From assembly GCF_964355755.1 (NCBI RefSeq), contig NC_092678.1, forward strand, positions 9,130,422-9,194,421: 64,000 bases of DNA, read 5' to 3'. This document shows positions 47,901-55,840 of the stretch, in pieces. The notes beneath the pieces are model-generated. The model made no database searches. It was not told where the DNA came from and was given only the letters and a program-made list of their open reading frames with translations. Both the position numbers and the translations under genes were made by a program. How positions within the stretch are numbered: position 1 is the first letter of the stretch; each line of letters begins with the position of its first letter. The stretch comes from Antedon mediterranea (lineage: Eukaryota; Animalia; Echinodermata).

Positions 47901-50842
47901 GTTTTTATTGTTCAACTATGGTTTAAAAATATGTAACAGTATACTGTATAGCATTTGTCATTCATTTACCAGAGTTTTTTAAAATTGTTAAACAGTCATA
48001 GTTTTAGATTGTAATTATAATACTAAATATTAATAATGATCTTGGTGATGTTATTCATTACAATTATTATCACACAACAGTCACTCATATTTTGATATTA
48101 AGTAAGACAATATTTGCTTGTTATTAAAAATGTAAGTGATCTTCATGCAAAAATGTTTTACCAGCTATAGTTTAAATGTCAAAATAATGTGTTTTTTAAC
48201 ATGTTGTGTATTTCTGTTGTATTAGAGCAAACATAATTATATATATTGCGAGTAATTTGAGACTAACGCCTGTATTTTTAAACCGTACTTTAGTTGTAGT
48301 TCGACTTGAAAAAGTCGTAGTTCGAGATATTACTTCAAATTCGATTAAAAAACGAAGTAGTCAAAGTTTGCAGTTTGACTTAATGAAGTCGAGCGTTTAG
48401 TCGAGTTGCACACGTCTGGGTAACAAAGGCTATACATTGGCCAATGACAAGAGAGTATTTGAGGAGCAGACGAAATTTTGCGCATTGATATCACTTTCCA
48501 TTTTCTTACAACACTTTTTACCCATCAGGACTATATACATGAAAAGTAATTTTAAGCGTTAATTATTAGAACAAGATCAGTATTAATTTACCAGTGAAGT
48601 ACTTTTGATTAACAACAAACAAAATCTTCAAAATATATTCAGGAACCATGGCGGTACGGTAACTTTAATATTTTCTAGGCCTCCAACAAAGTATGATCGC
48701 GACGAACCACGCACTTCATAGCGTGACAAGAAAGCGCTAGGCCCCCTAAACATTCCATAGCGTGGTGAATTGCCGCATCTCCCATTGTCGCTATGGCATG
48801 ACGTAGTTCAAGTCGGACTTGCGCGAAGAAAATAATGTAATTTGTATACAGTTGTAAATAAAGATGATTTTAATTATTATAACTATACCAATGTATATTT
48901 AATTAAGCTAATATAAATATAGGTATTTCATTCTTCAATATCTGGCCAATATAACAACTCAATGACTGGTACGTTTTTTATAAACATCGTTTAAAAACCA
49001 TTTAGTCGACCATTTAGCCTGCCCCCTCCAGGACTAAAAAAATTGATCAAAATCCGTCTCGATTTAGTCGAGGTTGGCCTGATTTAGTCGGTGATTTAGT
49101 TGAAGTTCGGTTTATGAATTAAAATGACGTCATTTTTTTAGTTTTAGCTCGAACTACGACTAAAGTCCGGTTTAAGAATATGGGCGTAAAGCTATAACTT
49201 TCTGACTAGTGGTTGCTGAGAAGTGAGATATAATTGATATGGCCATTTTCTTGACCAATGGTCAAAAGTAAAGTTTCACGGTCATTTTTGGCAAAAGTTG
49301 TTCATTAAAGTGAATAGAAATATGTATCTTCTCAGTATTGTGACACCAACTACGACCATATCTGCCCAACAATTTCTCAGATATGAAAAGTGTGCTCTAA
49401 GCCAAAAATGTTTGTGCCGGCTATGTCAAAGGTCAAAATTAAGGGTTTATTGACAGTTTTATGATTTTTATTACATTAGAACAAATATGTATATACTTTG
49501 CGAGTAATTTGAGACCACAATTATCACTTTCTGACCAGTGGTTGATGAGTGAGATATTCATATGGCCAATTTCTTGACCAGTGGTCATAAAAGGTTTTTT
49601 TTTTCCACTTTTGACTTTTCTAAGTTTCCCATTAGAGTGAATAGAAATATGGGTCTTCTGAGTAGTTTGGCACAACAAATATTCCAATACACCTAGTAGT
49701 TACCAAGTTACGCACAGTTCTAACTTTGACCATATTGACCTTTTAACTGCTGTACTGACCAAGCATCCCAATTTTTTTTCGGCCAACAGCAAAAAATTGA
49801 TTTTTATTGTCTTGATATAAGGAAGCAAAAAAACATTGTTAACATAGTTTGCTAGAGGGTGCACGTAAACCCTTTCTGGCTCCCCAACTATTAGTATTAG
49901 TACGGTATCAATTCACAATAATGAAAGCCAAGACATTCCAGAAATGGAAAGTCAAATTCAGAAAACATCTTGGAATACGAGGAAGGCAAAGTCCTGATAT
50001 GGTGCGCTACGTGTAGAGAATTTGATGCATTAGGCAGAAAAACGGGAATGAACATAGGTTATAGCGCCGCCTATTTTGATTTAAAATGTAAATGGTTTAA
50101 CGTATCTGTGGTTAACCATCCTGAGTGAGGGTTGATTCATGGAAAAGTGAAGAAATTATGTAAACAAAGTAAAATCAAAGTTTCTTTCGGATCTGGACAG
50201 TTTCCGATTAATTATGTGTGTTTACATTGACATGCTTAGTTAAGCTCTGTCTACACTATCAAACTTTATGTGACAAAAAAATGTGATGTGCCCATATATG
50301 GACACGATGATGTCATATCACTACCATATTTGGGAATATCACTACCATATTTGGCCACATCACACTTTTTTTGTCAAAATAGTTTGATAGTGTAGACAGA
50401 GCTTTAGACAATGTTGTGTTTTGACCAAAACTTTATATACCGTGGTGGCGCTATTGCTCCCCAAAACCCTTCCCATTTAATTATGCATCGCTCACGCAAT
50501 TTGCGATAAACCGTATAGCGTCCATGGATTACAAACGTCTCACGTTTCTATCTTGGGCCGATATAAAATCTTTGTTACTCTACCTGTGCCCTAGAGTATA
50601 GGCCTAACTAGACCCCTACTAGGCCTAGGGGGCCTAGCCTCTATCTCTAGGCTAGTAGAAACTTGTTGGGCCCGACCGTCTCACACTTTGTTTGGACCCG
50701 ATCGTCGGTGGTCCCGATTGCTGTTCCCTATTATAAGAAAGAGGTTGATATTTAGTGAATTAATTACCTCAAATATATCTGGAATCTTGTGTATTTTAAG
50801 ATATCTACGAAGTTCGGGATCAACAACCTTCAAAGAAGCCAT
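2768..50842 (-). CDS. FBXL13: F-box and leucine-rich repeat protein 13 / dynein regulatory complex subunit 6 orthologue, 11 coding exons, 3' end outside window
   Basis: Hand-spliced exons, all GT-AG with compatible phases, give MASLKVVDPELRRYLKIHKIPDIFE...RVDISLLPRKVAVKIFSYLNLSDLSQCSLVCRSWNMI (F-box)...RPYLLHLNLRGC...CRNLQDLNLSECQGLNDGIMREITEGCHILLYLNISYTNITDATLRSLAR. This matches the remembered human FBXL13 segments DISLLPERAILQIF and CRNLQELNVSDC...ISEGCPGVLCLNLSNTTIT. Confidence 0.93.
3499..3608 (-). CDS. FBXL13: FBXL13 exon 10 (VTDRSVGLLLQKCRPYLLHLNLRGCNRLQKSSILSI)
   Basis: TTTTAG acceptor, GTAAGT donor, 110 nt; LxxLNLRGC LRR motif. Confidence 0.92.
4412..4437 (-). CDS. FBXL13: FBXL13 exon 9, 26-nt micro-exon (VDLSAVKN-R)
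   Basis: TTTTGTAG acceptor, GTAAGA donor; needed for the phase 0 to 2 change; resembles human IDFSSVKN. Confidence 0.85.
4777..4872 (-). CDS. FBXL13: FBXL13 exon 8 (IFSYLNLSDLSQCSLVCRSWNMIIGTCSLWSR), F-box core
   Basis: TTTCAG acceptor, GTAAGT donor, 96 nt; IFSYL...VCRSW...LW F-box consensus. Confidence 0.93.
4990..5067. repeat. Tandem duplication, 2 x ~39 bp
   Basis: TGCAACACTTGAAT(C)ACCAGAATA(C/T)CCGTTTGCTAAGGC occurs twice. Confidence 0.85.
5300..6070 (+). mobile_element. Decayed non-LTR retrotransposon RT fragment (Rex1/L2-like)
   Basis: KAAGPD, LNDYRPIALTSIVMKCLEKLV, DFSSAFNT, NTGSP*GCVLSPLLFILYT, with stops and frameshifts. Confidence 0.85.
5629..5791. repeat. 81-bp tandem duplication inside the LINE fragment
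   Basis: AAGACATATCAGTTGGTGGACCCAATG...CACTTATTCAT repeated at 5629 and 5710. Confidence 0.9.
6636..7845 (-). mobile_element. Non-autonomous Helitron, copy A (1210 bp)
   Basis: Minus-strand 5'-TC (7845) and CTAG-3' (6636); terminal hairpin CTAGATGGTACGC/GCGTACCATCTAG; collinear with copy B. Confidence 0.8.
8929..8990. repeat. Short near-perfect inverted repeat (hairpin)
   Basis: AGCCTACTCAAGCGTGGGACAAAA ... TTTTGTCCCACGCTTGAGTAGGCT. Confidence 0.85.
9463..12167. mobile_element. Academ-like DNA transposon, non-autonomous, ~900-bp TIRs
   Basis: TAGTGGGGAACCTAATGT...ACATTAGGTTCCCCACTA termini; AGG duplicated on both flanks; TIR arms ~9463-10388 and ~11274-12167; minus-strand remnant PDQALE...VGGLVGGITQNE near 11090-11170. 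Confidence 0.75.
14776..15549. mobile_element. PIF/Harbinger-like MITE
   Basis: Imperfect TIR GGGCGCGTTTATACAACAC / GTGTTGTATAAACATGACC with TAA on both flanks. Confidence 0.65.
15566..16191. mobile_element. TTAA-site (Kolobok-like) MITE
   Basis: TTAA|AGACCCCTTCCCTGC ... GTAGGGAATGGGGCT|TTAA. Confidence 0.65.
16960..17035 (+). repeat. tRNA-like SINE head (degenerate)
   Basis: A-box TGGCTCGGTGG and B-box-like GAGATCGAGTCTC at tRNA spacing; no intact cloverleaf. Confidence 0.5.
17803..18551. mobile_element. Tc1/mariner-pogo-like MITE
   Basis: TA|CCGTAGTTCCCCGGGTATAATCCCACC ... GGTGGGATTATACCCGAGGAACTACGG|TA, with subterminal copies of the motif. Confidence 0.8.
18625..18726 (-). CDS. FBXL13: FBXL13 exon 7 (RIERGELDGEDYSFYLRGGARVDISLLPRKVAVK), start of F-box
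   Basis: CAG acceptor, GTATTT donor, 102 nt; ISLLP F-box start. Confidence 0.9.
20259..20500. repeat. Minisatellite of CCACAAATGTGAAAAC core in 18- and 23-bp units
   Basis: About 12 units, read directly. Confidence 0.9.
20550..21125 (+). repeat. Dispersed repeat with degenerate internal subrepeats, related to 55860-56480
   Basis: Shared motifs TTCCAAGTCGATGTTCA, ACGATACTACAAGGTCAAGGT and CCATTGCTACTTG. Confidence 0.65.
21746..21925. repeat. ~21-bp tandem repeat (AAAACTAAGATATCTCTATT)
   Basis: About 8 copies; the same motif is scattered at 12985-13140. Confidence 0.9.
21936..22500 (-). mobile_element. LINE ORF2 C-terminal remnant
   Basis: SKLRTNTLPLEGR...CNLSNTNCIENHFLFVCP, a degenerate zinc-knuckle C-terminus. 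Confidence 0.6.
22930..23350 (-). mobile_element. LINE RT 3' remnant
   Basis: Minus-strand TYLGHVICNSMNDDNDIKKR motif of RT domain 7 and downstream. Confidence 0.5.
23400..24960 (+). mobile_element. Decayed L1/Tx1-clade LINE ORF2
   Basis: LSNTQRRGIINLIFK...NWRPITLFNIDY, IVFLD, AQLADE (FADD), GLNMV...KLSWVKRL, with many stops. Confidence 0.8.
25515..26060 (+). mobile_element. BEL/Pao integrase fragment
   Basis: QIRSDNATNLVGA, WLFNPPTGFHHGGWE, RRWKQAQYLADRFW, LLQRRQKW. Confidence 0.85.
26738..26847 (-). CDS. FBXL13: FBXL13 exon 6 (SAYQVIETVYNMSLGRMVFEAWHNVMLDARRTREYFE)
   Basis: TAG acceptor, GTAAGA donor, 110 nt, phase 1 to 0. Confidence 0.88.
26985..27139 (-). CDS. FBXL13: FBXL13 exon 5 (AWFKYHMRKRQKRINLERKMRAAAEYYHKRKIRIHMEKWVNWYRFRMNRHS)
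   Basis: AG/GTAAG boundaries, 155 nt, phase 2 to 1; overlaps supplied ORF 26941..27147. Confidence 0.88.
27756..28190. mobile_element. Tc1/pogo (Tigger-like) MITE
   Basis: TA|CAGTAGAACCT ... AGGTTCTACTG|TA; related copy in opposite orientation at 38253-38754. Confidence 0.75.
28576..28643 (-). CDS. FBXL13: FBXL13 exon 4 (PAPEMYQRAYHAYNSKLITMTY-R)
   Basis: TAG acceptor, GTAAGT donor, 68 nt, phase 0 to 2; resembles human TPELMIKACSFY. Confidence 0.85.
28935..29300 (+). mobile_element. 5S rRNA-derived SINE (SINE3-like) or 5S pseudogene with attached body
   Basis: 28935-29044 aligns by eye to 5S rRNA (TACCACGTTGAAACACTGGTTCTC..GATCACC..GTTAAGCAAC..GGTTAG..CTTGGATGGGAGACC..CTGGGAATA..GGTTGCTGTA); many mismatches and no oligo-T terminator. 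The 3' boundary is approximate. Confidence 0.75.
29904..31472. mobile_element. TTAA-site (Kolobok-like) non-autonomous DNA transposon
   Basis: TTAA|AGGGGGGTTCCGGGTTTAAAAT ... ATTTTAAACCCAGAATCCCCCT|TTAA. Confidence 0.8.
33717..34595. mobile_element. PIF/Harbinger-like MITE with ATATACCGTA subrepeats
   Basis: TAG|GGCCCTGTTTCTGCTGC ... GCAGCAGAAACGGGGCC|TAG; internal TIR-motif copies near 34308, 34392 and 34517. Confidence 0.8.
35521..36129 (+). mobile_element. Helentron/HINE (DINE-1-like) non-autonomous element
   Basis: TTACCTCCGCC start, GTTT microsatellite, subterminal inverted GGTGGAGGTA, 3' stem-loop CACTCTCGGAGTG, then TTTCTAGTT. Confidence 0.6.
37600..38250 (+). mobile_element. RTE-clade LINE 3' fragment
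   Basis: IWRSKEISTDTKLELYKVFILSILLYGAETWTLKKEDEHRLLTFEM...RLHLLGHINRM; TAAG-type tail. Confidence 0.85.
38253..38754. mobile_element. Tc1/pogo-like MITE (family of 27756-28190)
   Basis: CAGTAGAA...TTCTACTG termini; body is reverse-complement-similar to 27756-28190. Confidence 0.75.
39004..40540. mobile_element. hAT-like element with nested inverted-repeat elements
   Basis: CAGGCCCGTAG(C/T)CA termini inverted; TATAA on both flanks; inner inverted pair at ~39270-39345 and ~40178-40260. Confidence 0.6.
41860..42230. mobile_element. Penelope-like terminal repeat remnant with hammerhead motifs
   Basis: ~80-bp inverted repeat (41889-41965 vs 42080-42158) and ~65-bp direct repeat (41985 vs 42162); CTGAGGA...GAAAC cores. 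Confidence 0.65.
42125..42164 (+). ncRNA. Minimal type I hammerhead ribozyme-like motif
   Basis: CTC-CTGAGGA-T-GTTCAA-AGCATA-TTGATC-GAAA-CG-TC-GAG: stem I CTC/GAG, stem II with one mismatch, palindromic ACGT stem III, GUC site. Confidence 0.55.
43477..43573 (-). CDS. FBXL13: FBXL13 exon 3 (DYLIPDSHKPTKQLISGVFIDSILVIDDENLQ)
   Basis: TGCAG acceptor, GTATGT donor, 97 nt, phase 2 to 0. Confidence 0.8.
43808..44608. repeat. ~105-bp direct repeat pair
   Basis: CAAATTTTGATAACATTCTTAAACTTGGCAGTTATTCAT...ATTTTCTTCCATTACTC at ~43808-43918 and ~44509-44608. Confidence 0.8.
45343..45464 (-). CDS. FBXL13: FBXL13 exon 2 (SVITSLAVQTPDDPYEFIICKLKELIVMKKETVHGLEALK-W)
   Basis: Polypyrimidine-TAG acceptor, GTAAAG donor, 122 nt, phase 0 to 2; PDDP motif of a D/D-type domain. 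Confidence 0.85.
45847..49890. mobile_element. Second Academ-like long-TIR element (>700-bp TIRs)
   Basis: TAGTTGGGGAGCCAGAAAGGGTTTACGTGCACC termini inverted; arms 45847-46560 and 49190-49890 (+48245-48263); flanks GTA/TTA are an imperfect 3-bp TSD. Confidence 0.7.
48267..49186. mobile_element. PIF/Harbinger-like MITE inserted in the right TIR of the Academ-like element
   Basis: TAA|CGCCTGTATTTTTAAACCGTACTTTAGTTGTAGTTCGA ... TCGAACTACGACTAAAGTCCGGTTTAAGAATATGGGCG|TAA. Confidence 0.8.
50243..50403. mobile_element. 161-bp Harbinger-like MITE
   Basis: TTA|AGCTCTGTCTACACTATCAAACT ... AGTTTGATAGTGTAGACAGAGCT|TTA; degenerate partial copy at ~61880-61985. Confidence 0.85.
50768..50842 (-). CDS. 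FBXL13: FBXL13 exon 1 (MASLKVVDPELRRYLKIHKIPDIFE)
   Basis: ATG at 50842 in AAACATGG context, 75 nt, GTAATT donor, phase 0. Confidence 0.85.
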
Positions 50843-52009
50843 GTTTTTGCTTACTTAAACTTTTTTATTGGTCGTCCGTCCGGCCGTTGATTGCTCGATT
50901 GTTGTTGTTTTGGAGTCGAGTTTGAGGTTGGTATTGGCAGCAACGTTCAACGACTGAGGGCGTATTTCTTCAATTACGTTTTGCACACTAAAATTCATTA
51001 AAAATGTAGAATGTCAAAGGCCTTTATTTATTGTTAGCCTATATATATAGGTGGTGTGGTATTTAGAATTATTTAAATGTCACACAATTTATTATTAATT
51101 GTTATTTTTATAAAAATTTTCATTAATATTATCATTACTATTATCATTTAATTTTATAGTAGTCATGACTACTAAAATTAACATAAAATAGGCATAGGCT
51201 AGGCCTATTGCTATTTTTTGTGTTGATTTTCATTACTTTTATTGAACTGGTGGAGGAGTTACCCGGAAATTTAGTATTGAAAATTTCGTATTAATTTGTG
51301 GCTGTGAGGTATTTATAGTGGAACATCTTGATGAGTCTCTCAACAGTAATTTGTGGTAGTTTGCGAACCGTTCTTAATAAGAAGAGATTTTTTTCACAGG
51401 CTTTGTTGCAAAATCTAGCAATACAATCAGTGCTTGTATGGAAAGAATGATTGTCCTCGAAGGATTAGAAACCATCAAAACTTAAAAATCAAGAAAACCT
51501 TAAAAATAATCAACGCATTAGTAAAATATTATTTTTACGAAATATGTTTCCGCAAATCGTAAAATTGCCGTAACTAAAATCATTGAACAAAAATATTACA
51601 ATATTTTTTGGCAAACTATGTCTTTAATGAGGCCTATACGTGATAAGAAGGAAAGGGCTTTTGGAAATATAATAATTCACTTCTCCATTACAAAGATACA
51701 CACATAAATAAAAATGATAGAAAATATGATTAGCCTAAATGATGCCGCAGCGCATAAAGATCCAGAGAATTTCAAATTAGGCCTAAATTAATTTAAAGGC
51801 GCGACGAAAAATGATATAGACCATCTTAAACGTACGTCACGGGGGTGAAATTTTGAAAAAATTTCAAAAGATTTTTCAAGGTTTGAGGGTGAATTATTGA
51901 CATTAGCTGAGCTTGCAAATATGCGCTAAAGAAAATGAAAAAAACAACAAATCGCCTGGAACTAAGACAGTTTTACGTCTGAATCTGGGTACGGGTGTTC
52001 TATACTTAT

Positions 52010-52230
52010 TCGTTCTTTGAATTATGAAAACGGTAACCTTTCAGTCACTTACAAACATGGAGTGATCACTTTACTCTCAAAAAGGCGAATAAATCAAACG
52101 AATAATAATTAAAAAATTGACGTCTTACTATATCTCTACTAAAAATGTTGGTTAAAATATTAATCGGCTAAGCAGATAGACTAAAATGTGGCCTTCTAAA
52201 TATTATAAATGGAAACCAGGCCTTTATAAA
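52010..52230 (+). mobile_element. Short L1/Tx1-like RT remnant
   Basis: SLNYENGNLSVTYKHGVITLLSK... resembles the RT N-terminus at 23400. Confidence 0.45.
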
Positions 52231-52688
52231 AGGAAAAAAAATGTTCGTATTTTTGGATGTCCCCTATTTTGTTAACGTTAATGTACACTGTTTGTTTTTT
52301 TTTTGTTTGCTATGGCAATGTCATTGCTTTACACTGTTACTTGCTTTAATACTTTGCTATGGCCATGCTAGTTAATGCCAGTTTTGCTATTTAGTTAGAG
52401 AAGATTTATGAAGTGTTTGTACTAAAGGAATACCACTGCTTTAGGTGTATACTGCTATAGCTGTTTTTGCCATTTCTGCTAGAAAAGCAACTTCTAATGC
52501 TAGTTTTTTTTTTCAATTTCTGCCATATACATTACAAAGAAGACAAAACAATTATAGACCTAAAAGGAGGCACGGAAAGACCAAAACAGGTGCTAAACAC
52601 CTATGCTAGTTGGTCAATCCAGAACTGAGCAAGGAAAAAAAAAGAAAAACGAAAAACACATTTTTAATATCAAAAATATTTAAAAAAC

Positions 52689-52722
52689 AAATATAGTGTT
52701 TGCTATAGCAAACACTATATTT
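52689..52722. repeat. Perfect 34-bp palindrome
   Basis: AAATATAGTGTTTGCTATAGCAAACACTATATTT. Confidence 0.9.
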
Positions 52723-53399
52723 ATTTGCACGCGACTAAAACATCACTCCATATGTATACCGCCAAGCCCTAACAATCCTTATATAAAATGGGGTGTACAG
52801 TATACCACCCTAAAAAATATATAACTCAAATTACCCTAAAAAACACTCAAGATGCAACCACCCTTAGATACAACCACCCTTAGCCTAAAACGCCTGATGT
52901 ACGTGTAAAGAAAAAACAGCATTAAAAATATCCATATATCTAATCATGTAAATCAGCGTTCCGCAACCTATTTTTTTCCGCGACCCCATGATCCTATTTT
53001 GTGAATTTTTGCAACCCAACACTTTTTTATTTAAAAAAAAATATTTTTACAGTTTGGTGGGACCTGTAACAAAGCGAATTATGATAAATGGCACCTTAAG
53101 TTGGCCGGAAATGACGATCGCAATTGGCCAGCTACTTTTTTCACACATTTGCGTTCAATGCTAACGTTAAGGGGTTCTTCCGAACCATAAAGATTTCCCC
53201 TGGCTAGGGCGTGAACAACATCGCTATGAGTGTAATTTGGGATGGACATGTTTATATTGTTCTTTCTATTATTCTAATGTTCATTGTAAAAGTTCCCACC
53301 GCCGGTACATCAAAGTTCGCAGTTTTCAGTGAAGTTACACACTCCTTTGCAAACTACAGAAAAACAGCGTTTCACCTCTAAGCAGGCAATATCTGTATA

Positions 53400-53790
53400 A
53401 TATATGGCTATTATAGCTAAATGCTATAGCTATTTGTTATGTTATAGATAAGTGACCTATTTGCTATTTAGTTAGGCCTATAGCTATGCTAGTTACTGCT
53501 AATTAGTTACAGCTATTTGCTATTTAGCTATAGCTAAATACTATTGAATTATTTGCTATGTACAGTAGTTATAAATGATGCTATTGAGTTAGTTATAGCT
53601 ATATGCTATTGAGTTAATGCTAAATATCATTGAGTGACGTATTTGCTATGTAGTTATAAGAACTATTATATGCTATTGAGTTACTTCTATATACTTGAGT
53701 TATATTAAGATATAATTATATGCTAAATCTATTGAGTTACTGCTTATTAGTTACTACTATTTAGTTTTAGCTTACATGCTAATTTTCATG
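53400..53790. repeat. Degenerate low-complexity (GCTAT/GTTA) array
   Basis: Repeated TGCTATTGAGTTA and TATAGCTA motifs. Confidence 0.75.
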
Positions 53791-54739
53791 CTTTAGCCAA
53801 TCCTGCCTTAATGTTCAAACCTTGACTTGTGTGATAATGGCTTTTATTATGTGGGTGTTACAGTTGATTTGGAAATAAGCAAAATGACTAAAATAAATGG
53901 TAAAAAGTGTACTGGTAAAATTAAGTCTACAATCAATATGCGGCCGCAGGTAATATTAGGCCTGTGTTTTGCGGTACCCAGATATATCATTTTGTGAACA
54001 TTTTTAATGCAAAAAATATTTTTCCATACGAATATCCATTAAGGTATTTTAATTAATGTATTTTTTAAAGTAATTTATCCGAAAATTATGCTCGCCTAGC
54101 AATATTATTTCTGTTAGTTACGTTTAGCTGCCCCATTGTTTGTATCATCGATCGAAGAGGTATACCGTACCGTGTCGCACAAGGCGTATTTATATGTATT
54201 TTAAAAACAAGAATGTTGATTTATAAATCATGATAACCAATACAAAACAAAAACAAAGCTTAAACATTTCTTTAACACTACCGTAATGGCAAGGAATAAT
54301 TATTAATTAATTAATATCTTATTTAAGATAGCCTTTACTTTAATTACTTCTGGCCTTATCAATAACATTGGGACACAATGAATGAATAATTAATTAACAA
54401 TGACTAGAAAATCAGCTATGATTATTCTCCTATCCTTGAATGATGTAACGTGACTGAAGATATAGGTTTCAGCATTTTTAATTTTCATGGTTTATAGATT
54501 ACACATCATAATAATATCACTGGTTTCAAATTATTTAAAATGATGTATTCCGATAATATAAGGCTTTAAATTTGACATTTGAGTCTTCTTGTTCGTCATA
54601 TGTGGTCACGTAGTAGTAATGCTTTAGCTGTAGTTTTTTAGTCAACTCTGACATTTGAGAATGTTAATTAAAATAACTGAACAAAAACACTGTTCGTTTT
54701 GCAAATGCCATCTTTTCGTATCTATCCGTATCTATTCAT

Positions 54740-55840
54740 TTATTCAGAGATCGGTCGCTGGTCCGTCGGTTTTCTACGCCTGTTGCTGACATTATCAGGC
54801 GTTTCGATGTCAGCTACAATCCTAAAGTGCCGGGCGACGGAAATGCGGCGAAATCTCGTCTTTCTAATTGCATTGCTGCGGTGAAAACGTGGATGCTGCT
54901 GATGCTGAATTCTTTTGATCTCATCACAGAGAAAAAAAAATTCCATTCAACGTTTTAATCTGACGATTGGTGAATTGAACCTTCGTTATTATTTAGGAAC
55001 ATTGGAATGAGATGTTTGATCCCTGTCTACAAGTTTCATCGTATGTCGTACTATTAATTATCACCTCCGAAATATTTCTCGAATTAGACGCTATTTAGAT
55101 CAAAATACTTGTGCACGCGCGGTACGATCTTTGATTATTTCTAGGCTGGATTATTGCAATTCCTTGCTCAGTGGCATTTCGCGTGGTAATGTGCAGCGCC
55201 TTACAAAATCCCGCTGCGCGGATGATTTTCCGCCTTGATAGACGTTCTAGAACTTCTCCAACTCATTGGCCCGATTCACCAGAGAATTGATTTTAAAGAT
55301 CGCACTGCATGTGTACAACAGTGTTGCCCCGAAATATAAACAAGATATCATTAGTTTGCGATGAGCTTCGTCGTTCTGGCCTTAGATCATCCATGGACAA
55401 TTTACGCCTTTTGTCCCTGCTACAAAAATGTTGTTGGCGACAATGCGTTCTCTGTCCATGGTCCGAAACTTTGGAACAGCATCCCTCTTATCTAGATATC
55501 CGACAGGCTTCTTAATTGTTCTCGTATTTTAAGAAACAACTAAAATTATAAACAAGATATCATTAGTTTGCGATGAGCTTCGTCGTTCTGGCCTTAGATC
55601 ATCCATGGACAATTTACGCCTTTTGTCCCTGCTACAAAAATGTTTTTGGCAACAATGCGTTCTCTGTCCATGGTCCGAAACTTTGGAACAGCATCCCTCT
55701 TATCTAGATATCCGACAGGCTTCTTGTTCTCGTATTTTAAGAAACAACTAAAGCGTATCTGTTCACTAATTAGCATTTTTATTTATTTTTTGTATATGGC
55801 TTCTAATATTTTTTTTTGTAGGCCTACAGCGCTTTGATCT
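54740..55840 (+). mobile_element. L2/CR1-clade LINE 3' fragment
   Basis: SRLSNCIAAVKTWM, SRLDYCNSLLSG, NPAARMIF, IHQRIDFK and FKKQLK motifs with frameshifts. Confidence 0.8.
55335..55752. repeat. 212-bp-period tandem duplication within the L2 fragment
   Basis: TATAAACAAGATATCATTAGTTTGCGATGAGC... starts at 55335 and 55547. Confidence 0.9.
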
